A DNA stretch of 64,000 bases from an uncultured virus (IMG/VR IMGVR_UViG_3300009001_000010) (taxonomy: Duplodnaviria; Heunggongvirae; Uroviricota; Caudoviricetes), in the IMG/VR virus record IMGVR_UViG_3300009001_000010, positions 1 to 64,000 of that record, one strand, 5' to 3'. Shown here in pieces: positions 49,165 through 57,039 of this stretch. Below the pieces are notes generated by a model. That model worked only from the letters and a program-made list of their open reading frames with translations. It was not told where the DNA came from and ran no database searches. The position numbers and the translations under genes are program-made. Each line of letters begins with the position of its first letter. Position 1 is the first letter of the stretch.

Positions 49165-49232
49165 AAATTAAATAAAATCCTAAAATAAGTTAAAATATTT
49201 TTTATTTAATTTTATTTTACTTTAATATATTT

Positions 49233-49520
49233 TTATTTTCCGCGAGTAGGGTTATTACCACGGCCACCACCGCTTGGGCGGCCAGTAGTAGATGGACCAT
49301 TCTTCATATTGCCTTTTACAGAACCAGTAGCAAAAATTTCTGAACCTGAAGCAATTAATGTTGTTGGAAAAGTATTTGGAGCAACACCTGATCCATCAAC
49401 AATAATATCTCTTCCATGAAGATTTTCTTGAATAACAAGTTGTTCTACAGTCATGTCGGGAGTAATAGTTACAGTACGGGCTCCAGGCCCAGGAATAACG
49501 ACTAAAGTAATTGTAGACAT
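49233..49520 (-). CDS. Ubiquitin-like protein with C-terminal extension
   Basis: Same 70-aa domain ending GSVKG, followed by NMKNGPSTTGRPSGGGRGNNPTRGK. Confidence 0.8.
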   Translation of the reverse strand: MSTITLVVIPGPGARTVTITPDMTVEQLVIQENLHGRDIIVDGSGVAPNTFPTTLIASGSEIFATGSVKGNMKNGPSTTGRPSGGGRGNNPTRGK

Positions 49521-49533
49521 AAATTATAAATCC

Positions 49534-49728
49534 TTATTTATCAGTTTTTCTTTGGTTTCTAACAGCTTGAATATCGCTGCGTAAAGTTTTACAGCTTGCT
49601 GCTGTTTTAGATAAAGCGACTCTAATACGGCGTCCAGCCGCGTCTTGACCTCTTTCAAATTTATCTGCATCTTCTAAAGCAGAATTAAGAAGTTCAATCA
49701 TATAGGTTAATGTTTCTTTAGCGTCCAT
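49534..49728 (-). CDS. Histone H1-like Hc1-family small protein
   Basis: DADKFERGQDAAGRRIR...CKTLRSDIQ resembles the Hc1 N-terminal domain (GNKAA.R.R). Confidence 0.65.
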   Translation of the reverse strand: MDAKETLTYMIELLNSALEDADKFERGQDAAGRRIRVALSKTAASCKTLRSDIQAVRNQRKTDK

Positions 49729-49739
49729 AAAAATTTCCT

Positions 49740-50450
49740 TTATTTAAAGACAGTTAGTTGAGAGTTGTTGAGACTGAATATATGCTGACCATAATATTCA
49801 GATTTTTGTTGAGGGTTTCTATCTTCTGCAGCGTGCATACATAAAGCGTGTACGACATTAGAAGATACAATGTTAGTTAAAGTAGTAATAATTCTTTCGT
49901 TACAAGCAGATTCTGTAACTTCGTCATCAGACTTGAGAAGATCAACGAAATTAGTCATCTTTTCTTTATTATCTGTTTTAATAATATTAAGAATAGCATG
50001 AGAGAAACCCATTTTAGTTTCAAACATAGTATGAACGAAAGGATGATAAATTAAAGAAGAAGCTATTTCTTTTCTAGCAGATAATGAGTCAACAGCTACA
50101 AAAACGTAGTCTTCCAATTCTGATGAATGAGAAAGATCATTACCATCAAAAAAATGATTAAATGTTTGTACATTTACTTGAGGATTAAAAGTTTCTAATA
50201 CTTCTTTAAGTGCAGTAACTTTAGGTTGACCAACATGAGAGAGATTGTAAACTTGGTTTGGTAAGTTATGAGACTCGACAATATCTGCATCCCAAATTTT
50301 AAAATTATGCCAACCCATTTTTGCAGCCAACAAAGCGACCCAAGAACCAGTTGCACCTGCACCAATAATATTTAAAAATTTACCAGAAGCATCTTCAGGA
50401 CCAAAAAAAGCTCCATGGCGTAAAAAACTCACTTGATTAATAACTGACAT
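49740..50450 (-). CDS. E1/ThiF-family adenylating enzyme
   Basis: IIGAGATGS, DADIVESHNLPNQ, G.PKV.AL, AVDSLSAR, candidate catalytic Cys in ESAC. Confidence 0.9.
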   Translation of the reverse strand: MSVINQVSFLRHGAFFGPEDASGKFLNIIGAGATGSWVALLAAKMGWHNFKIWDADIVESHNLPNQVYNLSHVGQPKVTALKEVLETFNPQVNVQTFNHFFDGNDLSHSSELEDYVFVAVDSLSARKEIASSLIYHPFVHTMFETKMGFSHAILNIIKTDNKEKMTNFVDLLKSDDEVTESACNERIITTLTNIVSSNVVHALCMHAAEDRNPQQKSEYYGQHIFSLNNSQLTVFK

Positions 50451-50456
50451 ATTATT

Positions 50457-51512
50457 TTACGTTCCTAAGTAACTTAAAAAATCTTTTAAAGTTCTCTTAT
50501 CTGTTAAATTTAAAACAAACATTAAATATTTAGAAAAATCATTTACAGTATGATTGGTTTTTAAAAAATAGTTTTTAAATTCTTTTTTTAAATTAAAAGA
50601 CTTATTAGAATTCAAATAATACTCTACTGAATCTGGGTCAAACATTTTAGATAATAAATGTTTATTATCATTTAAACTAAAGAAAAGCCATAACATTTCT
50701 TGTTCATCTAAATGGCCAGATAAAGTTTCATAATATTCTTCAGCTTTTGTACTATTTGTTTTAATAGTAGAAAGTTTACGTTTTCTTGGAAATAAATCTT
50801 TTATAATGTGTTCGGATACATCTAAATTTATATAAGTATCAGAAGTAGTATGGGAATATTTATCTTCAGTATACCAAGAAGGATAATTAAAACCTGATTT
50901 ATTTAATAAAGAAGATTTAGAGTTTTTGAAAGAATATGTTTTCTTTTTAAATTTAGTTTTTGCTGCTTCTTGAATGTAAGAAAGATCAAAATCACTTGTT
51001 TGAATAAAAGAAACACCTTCATAAATATTTTTTGTAGTTGGATCGTAAACTCTAGAATAAAATTCATTTTGCTTATTAAAAATAAGCATAACTTGCCAAG
51101 TATCTTGTCCTTGATCAAGAGCTGATTGAATAAAAGAATTAAACTGATTTACATCCTGAAGGCTGGGAGAAACGCCCATGTTGTGGTGAGAATGACTCCA
51201 GCAAGTCATACTTTGAATAATACTATTAGTCTCTTCTAAAGAATGATCCTGCATAAGCTCTTTGTAAAAAGAAACCATCATTTGAGAATCAGTGTCAACT
51301 TCAGCAGCAGAACAATATTGCTCAGGAATGTATAACTGGTCTCCTAGGTTCAAATAAATATAATTATCATTAGTTGTGACATTGACAGTATTAAACCATT
51401 GAGCCTCTTGAGGGGCTAAATTAACAATAGTTTTTACAGATTCTAAATATTTTTGATTTATTACTAATTTAATTTCTTTATTAATTAAAGAAAAAGTAGA
51501 TACATTCTTCAT
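50457..51512 (-). CDS. JAB/MPN+ (JAMM) metalloprotease
   Basis: Upstream Glu (QEAQW), IPEQ, WSHSHHNMGVSPSLQD = HxH-x7-S-x2-D. Confidence 0.85.
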   Translation of the reverse strand: MKNVSTFSLINKEIKLVINQKYLESVKTIVNLAPQEAQWFNTVNVTTNDNYIYLNLGDQLYIPEQYCSAAEVDTDSQMMVSFYKELMQDHSLEETNSIIQSMTCWSHSHHNMGVSPSLQDVNQFNSFIQSALDQGQDTWQVMLIFNKQNEFYSRVYDPTTKNIYEGVSFIQTSDFDLSYIQEAAKTKFKKKTYSFKNSKSSLLNKSGFNYPSWYTEDKYSHTTSDTYINLDVSEHIIKDLFPRKRKLSTIKTNSTKAEEYYETLSGHLDEQEMLWLFFSLNDNKHLLSKMFDPDSVEYYLNSNKSFNLKKEFKNYFLKTNHTVNDFSKYLMFVLNLTDKRTLKDFLSYLGT

Positions 51513-51522
51513 ATTGAATTAA

Positions 51523-53745
51523 TTACGTTTCATTCAAAGTGTTATAAGTAGCAAAGGGGACATAATTATTATTGTTTATTTGATCTTCTTGTAAATTATT
51601 TTGTTCTGGTTGGTCTGGAATATCTTGACTTTCTTCTGAATCTTCTTCAGTGAAAGAACTTAAAAAGTTATTGACGTCAGTATCAGTAACAATTTCTTTT
51701 TCAGATTCTAATTTCAAAGATAAAGGTTTTAACTCATTTGAAAAATAAATATAATTAGAACCCCAAGGATCTGCAGAGTTGGCTGATCTAACCCAAGTCA
51801 AAGCAGACAAAAGAATTAACTTTAAATCATTTTGTTGAAATGCATTATAAATTAAAGGAGAAGCTTCTCCAAGACAAGCATTCGACCATTCAAATAAAGT
51901 GTCAATATTAGATGTACCACCAGTATGTGGATGGATATAGTAATACGCATTACTTGAATTATAACCAAACAAAGAAGAATTATAAGCCAATTTAACTTTT
52001 AATCTATTTTGTGTAACCTGAATAAGATAAGGTCCGCCAAAAATTGATTGATTTTTATCTACGACTTTAATTTCTGCAGGGCAGTTTAACAAAAAAGTTA
52101 CTTGTTTAATTTTATAATAATTTTTAGAAACATTTGTATAAAAATCAATTTTATCTTGATCGGATAAATTATCAAAATTTTTAGTAGTTAAATCAAAATT
52201 ATAATTTTGAGAATAATATTCTATTGAATGAATAAAAATATTTTCTTTAGTCAAATTATTTAAAAAATCATTAGTTTCAAAATTTTGATTTTCATAAGAA
52301 AGAGCTAAAGCTGAATTATAATTTGATTTAACTTGATTATATAAAGGATAATTAGAAGATATATAATTGAAAGAATCAGATATAGTTTGAAAATTTTCTA
52401 CAAGAGATTTTTTTTCAATATCAATTCGATCAATTGCTTTTTTTATTTCTTTAGCAAGACTTAAAAGAGAAGCCTTGTTTCTTCGTAAAGAAGATAAATT
52501 TGTTGCTAAATCAATTGATTTAATATTTGATTGATTGTTTTCAATTAAAGTTTTAAATTTATTAAACTTTTGCTCAAGTTTAAAATCTATTTTAGGTTTA
52601 TTTAAAATAGAACTATTAATTTTTTTAGAAAAAGGCTCATATTCAGGATTAGTAATTAAAAGCAAAGTATCAATTAAATGAGAAGGAATTTCTTCCAAAT
52701 GGGTAGAAGAAAAAGCAGCAAGACTTTTGAGTTTTTCAGCTACAAGCTTATTATACTCTTCTATATTAGTAAGTTTTAAACCATCATAATCAAATAATAT
52801 ATTAATTAAATCTTTAAAACGAGCTTTTGGATTTTTTCTATTTTCTACTTCATTTATAAGAGCATTAGAAATAAAAGAAAAAATATAACAATCTTTTTCA
52901 TTTAAAGAAGAATCTAAATATTTCATCTTGAATAATACAGGAATTAAACAAGTTTTTCTTTTAAGGGCTTGATTCTTAGTATAACTAGTAAATTCAATTT
53001 CTTTATCTTTTGACCTAGCAGACCAAGAAGGAACTTTCAAAACCTGAAGTCGGGAAGAATTTATTGAATCTAAATAAGATGTTAAATCAAAATCAAAAGC
53101 AAAATTTAATAAATTTAAAATATCAAATTTTTTATTTTTACTATTAATAGTTCTAGTAAAACTATTGTTTAATTTATATGTTCTAAAAGATGTATTTGAA
53201 ATAATTTCTTCAGTAAAATAATCAGGATTAGCAATGTTTGCAGCATCATAAATATTTTTAGAAAAAACAGAAAAAACAGGTTTGTCATTATAAGATGAAA
53301 TTTGTTTTAAAGAATAATCAAAAATATTTATATCAAAAGTTTGTTCTTGATTATTTTGTTTAAATAAAAAACATTTAATTAAATCTTGTTGAGAATATGT
53401 TTCTGAATTTAAAAGAAATAAATTATTTAATTCATCAGAAATTTCAGAAAAAGCAGTCGAGTCAGACCAACTATTTTCAAAATAATTGATTCCAGAAAGA
53501 AAAGAAGAATATCTGTTAACAAGAGTAAAAAAAGGAATTTTTTTTTCTAGAAACGAAGAGTAAGTAGATTTTAAACTATAAGGAAAATTATATAAAAACC
53601 AATCTTTAGTCTTACGATTATAATAAATATCTTTATTTAAAATTTCAATAGAATTTAAATCTGAATTTAATTTAAAAAGATTGTTAATTTGAGAAAGCGT
53701 TTCAGGAGTGTAATCAGAAGTACAATAGTAATATTTTCTATTCAT
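51523..53745 (-). CDS. Large protein with coiled coil and C-terminal prokaryotic E2-like domain
   Basis: GPYLI...IHPH...NACLG...L..AN..DPWG; HPH...CLG mirrors the E2 HPN...C active site. Confidence 0.65.
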   Translation of the reverse strand: MNRKYYYCTSDYTPETLSQINNLFKLNSDLNSIEILNKDIYYNRKTKDWFLYNFPYSLKSTYSSFLEKKIPFFTLVNRYSSFLSGINYFENSWSDSTAFSEISDELNNLFLLNSETYSQQDLIKCFLFKQNNQEQTFDINIFDYSLKQISSYNDKPVFSVFSKNIYDAANIANPDYFTEEIISNTSFRTYKLNNSFTRTINSKNKKFDILNLLNFAFDFDLTSYLDSINSSRLQVLKVPSWSARSKDKEIEFTSYTKNQALKRKTCLIPVLFKMKYLDSSLNEKDCYIFSFISNALINEVENRKNPKARFKDLINILFDYDGLKLTNIEEYNKLVAEKLKSLAAFSSTHLEEIPSHLIDTLLLITNPEYEPFSKKINSSILNKPKIDFKLEQKFNKFKTLIENNQSNIKSIDLATNLSSLRRNKASLLSLAKEIKKAIDRIDIEKKSLVENFQTISDSFNYISSNYPLYNQVKSNYNSALALSYENQNFETNDFLNNLTKENIFIHSIEYYSQNYNFDLTTKNFDNLSDQDKIDFYTNVSKNYYKIKQVTFLLNCPAEIKVVDKNQSIFGGPYLIQVTQNRLKVKLAYNSSLFGYNSSNAYYYIHPHTGGTSNIDTLFEWSNACLGEASPLIYNAFQQNDLKLILLSALTWVRSANSADPWGSNYIYFSNELKPLSLKLESEKEIVTDTDVNNFLSSFTEEDSEESQDIPDQPEQNNLQEDQINNNNYVPFATYNTLNET

Positions 53746-53959
53746 TTAAATGTTTAATAACCTTATTTAAAGTACGGATAGAATTAATAAAAAAATCATC
53801 ATCAAAAGTTATTTGAAAATCATCTTCTACAATTAATGAATAATAATTACACTCTTCGCAAATTCCAAATGGAGAATTAAAATCAATTGTTTTATATTCT
53901 TCATCAGTAAGTTGTCTCGAAAAAGCACATTCATCAAAAGAAAGACAAATTATTTTCAT
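53738..53959 (-). CDS. Small Zn-ribbon-like protein
   Basis: C....EC ... CEEC. Confidence 0.45.
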   Translation of the reverse strand: MKIICLSFDECAFSRQLTDEEYKTIDFNSPFGICEECNYYSLIVEDDFQITFDDDFFINSIRTLNKVIKHLNE

Positions 53960-54665
53960 CTAAATAACTTTCATGTTTTTGATTAGTAAGTTGATCAATT
54001 ATAGCTAACCACGAATTTAAGGAATCTTCCATCGTAACATCATTGTCGTAATAATCTTTACACAACTTTAAATTTTTAATTTCTTCATCATGAAGTAAAT
54101 TTTCATTAATATACTTTTTAACATAATCTAATATTTCAATAGATTTTAAAGATAAAGAAAATTCATACCTAGTTAAATACTTTTGAACTCTAGAAAGTAT
54201 TTGAGTAATTTTAGAAGCAATTTCTTGTTTGCTTTTTAAACCTTCAAGTTGAAAAGAACGAATATCTAATTCATCTTTAGACCAAGATTTAAAAGTATCT
54301 AATGAAGTATAGATATTATTATTGTGTATAGCTACTGAAGCATTAACGAAATCATGCTTATAAATTAATTCTTCAGGACTAATAAAATATTTTTTAATTA
54401 ATTGACAATTTAAATTTAAAAAAGTATCAGCATTATCAGTAGATATAGGAGTTTCTATTTTAGATAATAGTGTAAAAGCTTTTTTATAATTCTCTTCAGA
54501 TGCAAAATAAAAATCAATATCATGATATTCGCTAGAAGGAGAATAAACTAAATTAATCGCAAAAGAACCAGAAAGTATTGGTTCGCAATCAATTAAACCT
54601 GGAGCAATGGAATTTAACTTTTGTATGTATTTCGATATGACCTTATGATGATAAGGTATAATCAT
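53934..54665 (-). CDS. Pol-beta-superfamily nucleotidyltransferase
   Basis: ILSGSF...HDIDFYF (GS/DxD), QLI...HDF; likely start MIIPY at 54665. Confidence 0.7.
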   Translation of the reverse strand: MIIPYHHKVISKYIQKLNSIAPGLIDCEPILSGSFAINLVYSPSSEYHDIDFYFASEENYKKAFTLLSKIETPISTDNADTFLNLNCQLIKKYFISPEELIYKHDFVNASVAIHNNNIYTSLDTFKSWSKDELDIRSFQLEGLKSKQEIASKITQILSRVQKYLTRYEFSLSLKSIEILDYVKKYINENLLHDEEIKNLKLCKDYYDNDVTMEDSLNSWLAIIDQLTNQKHESYLDENNLSFF

Positions 54666-54669
54666 ATTA

Positions 54670-56292
54670 TTAAGTGTCGAAATTTGTAACAAAGCCTATC
54701 CTTTTCTTAGAAATAGAAATATTTTTATTAAATTTTAAATGAGTTTTTAATTTTATTTCATTTTTATAAGAAGAAGTTAAAATTTCTTTAGCTTTATTTC
54801 TTAAAAGTTTTTCTAGATGTTTTTTCATATCTCTTAAATTATAAGTTTTAGCAAAAAAATCTATAAGTTCTTGCTCTAAAATTAAATCATAAGAGTTCAT
54901 ATTGTATTTAGACAAAGCAGATTTAAATAAAAATTTAGTTAAAATAACTGTTTTTTCTTCAGTAGTATAATCTACAAAATTAATTTGAAGCATACGATCT
55001 AAAAGAGGCGCAGGTATATTAGATTTAAAATTAGATGTACAAATAAATATGCATTTAGATAAATCTATAGGTATTTCTAAAAAACGATCAATAAATTTAT
55101 CATTTTGTTCAGTATCTAAAAGTTCTAAAAGTGCTGCAAAAGGATCACCTTTATCTTTTGAAATTTTATCTATTTCATCTAAAAGTATAACAGGGTTTAA
55201 ACTTTTAAGAGTAGACAAGCCTTGCACTATTCTACCTGGTTTAGAACCTACATAAGTACGTCTATGGCCACGTATTTCTGATTCATCTGAAATCCCACCT
55301 AAAGATATATGTAAAAAATCTCTATCTGTAGATTCGGCTATTTGTTTTGCAATAGATGTTTTACCAGTGCCCGGCGGACCATCAAAAAGAAAAACTGCCC
55401 CATCTAAAGATTTTGTGAGCTCGTAAAGATAAAAGTATTCTAAAATAGATTCTTTGACATCATCTAAACCATAATGTTTTTGGTTTAAATCTTTTTCTAT
55501 TTGAAGTGTTTCTTTGTTAGATTGACGTAAAGTAGACCAAGGCAAATTATCTAACAAATCAATATAATCTAATGTAGTTGAATATTCCGCAGAAGCGGTA
55601 TTTATTTTTTCAAGACGAGTTCTTTCTTTAACATATTTTTCTTGAACATATTCTGGCCAAGATAAAAATCCAGATTCTTCAGAATCAATTACATCATTTT
55701 CGATAGATGAATGATCGTAAAGTAATAAAGTATCAAGTATGGCTTGGTAAATTAAAGTTCTTTTTTTAACTTGGCTTTCGGCTAAAAAGAATTCTAAATC
55801 ATATGATAAAGCAGGAGTAAGATAAGCAAATATTTGATCATAAAGTGACGTATCTTCTATTTCCATCAAAGGAACATTAGCGCGAAGATAATTAAAAGCG
55901 TCATGAACATTTAAAAAAGTTAATATTAAATTAAGTTCTTTAGTTTTTTTGATTTTTTTAAAATCAATAACATCAAATGTAACTAAATCATTAGAACATT
56001 CTTTTACATTAGTTACTTTATTTAAAGAATGAAAAACAATATTTATTTCTTTTTTGCTTTCTACCAATTCTATCAAACTGCAAAGTACAGAAAAATTTAA
56101 ATATTTTTCCTTTGAAGTTATCCTTAAAATAAAAACATCTTTATAAGTATTGGATTTATATTGATACTCGTCTGCTGTCAAAAAAATAAATTGCTTAGGC
56201 AATTTTCTTTTATCAAGATTAATTACATAATCATTTGCAGGATGAGGAATAATATATTCTTCAGATATTTCAAAATAAGGTAAGCTGGACAT
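54670..56292 (-). CDS. Lon-type AAA+ ATPase lacking the Lon protease domain
   Basis: LPW, HYGLDDVKE.ILEY, GPPGTGKTS, SLGG..DESEIRGHRRTYVG..PGRI, LLDEIDK, PLLDRM; ends KKRIGFVTNFDT with no Ser-Lys protease domain. Confidence 0.9.
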   Translation of the reverse strand: MSSLPYFEISEEYIIPHPANDYVINLDKRKLPKQFIFLTADEYQYKSNTYKDVFILRITSKEKYLNFSVLCSLIELVESKKEINIVFHSLNKVTNVKECSNDLVTFDVIDFKKIKKTKELNLILTFLNVHDAFNYLRANVPLMEIEDTSLYDQIFAYLTPALSYDLEFFLAESQVKKRTLIYQAILDTLLLYDHSSIENDVIDSEESGFLSWPEYVQEKYVKERTRLEKINTASAEYSTTLDYIDLLDNLPWSTLRQSNKETLQIEKDLNQKHYGLDDVKESILEYFYLYELTKSLDGAVFLFDGPPGTGKTSIAKQIAESTDRDFLHISLGGISDESEIRGHRRTYVGSKPGRIVQGLSTLKSLNPVILLDEIDKISKDKGDPFAALLELLDTEQNDKFIDRFLEIPIDLSKCIFICTSNFKSNIPAPLLDRMLQINFVDYTTEEKTVILTKFLFKSALSKYNMNSYDLILEQELIDFFAKTYNLRDMKKHLEKLLRNKAKEILTSSYKNEIKLKTHLKFNKNISISKKRIGFVTNFDT

Positions 56293-56350
56293 AATAATCC
56301 CTTAACACGATTATAAAAAAACTATAATCAATGCTAAGGGAAAATCAAAA

Positions 56351-56656
56351 TTAGTTTCTAGAAAATCGAGTATATCCAGAAACAACAGCAGGTGAAGACT
56401 GTTGAAAAGAAGTCATGGGAGTATATGAATTAGATTGCTGAGGAGTTTGTGAATTTTGTAAAAGCAAAGAAGTCATAGAAGTATATGAAGGTGAAGGAAG
56501 AATTTCATCAAAATCTGTTACTTCAAAAGAAAGAAACTCTTCGTTATTTTCAAAACGATGATAAAGAATATCAATAGCTTCGTTTAAAGAAGAAGCCTCA
56601 ATATTTTGAGCTGTGTGACGGGAAGTTACTCTTAAAGTTAAATTGTATGTAGGCAT
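56351..56656 (-). CDS. Hypothetical protein with low-complexity repeated tail
   Basis: 101 aa; SYTSMTS / SYTPMTS duplication. Confidence 0.5.
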   Translation of the reverse strand: MPTYNLTLRVTSRHTAQNIEASSLNEAIDILYHRFENNEEFLSFEVTDFDEILPSPSYTSMTSLLLQNSQTPQQSNSYTPMTSFQQSSPAVVSGYTRFSRN

Positions 56657-56665
56657 ACATAATCC

Positions 56666-56920
56666 TTAATTAAGTTTATTTATTAAAGAAGAAAAAATCT
56701 TTTCATTTTCTTCTTCAAGAAGAGAAATTTTTTGCTTTAATTTTTTGTTTTCTTCAAGCATAATAAAGTATTTTAATTGTTCTGGAGTCATGTAAGGTTT
56801 TTTATAAATATATTTATATGTAAAGAGTTTAGACAAATACATTAAATAATGTATTAAAAAACCAGCTCCAGTAAACATTAATACACCAATTATAACTTTT
56901 GGAATATAAAAGTGATACAT
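56666..56920 (-). CDS. Membrane-anchored coiled-coil protein
   Basis: N-terminal TM, C-terminal heptads. Confidence 0.5.
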   Translation of the reverse strand: MYHFYIPKVIIGVLMFTGAGFLIHYLMYLSKLFTYKYIYKKPYMTPEQLKYFIMLEENKKLKQKISLLEEENEKIFSSLINKLN

Positions 56921-57039
56921 TTTAAATCCAAATAAGTCTTAGACTTTTAAATGTTGATACTAATATATTTATTGTTTCAATAATTTTTGGTATGTTAAAT
57001 AATAAAGATAACATTTTTTTCCTTTTTTGAGAGATTTTA

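Noticed and set aside
48733..50450. ThiF/ThiS or MoeB/MoaD cofactor biosynthesis
   Set aside because: No thi/moa/cysteine-synthase genes nearby; presence of an E2-like gene and multiple Ubl copies favours conjugation
49740..54692. A canonical type II CBASS operon
   Set aside because: E1 and E2 are separate, dedicated Ubls exist, the NTase lacks a Gly-type tail and no effector is recognisable
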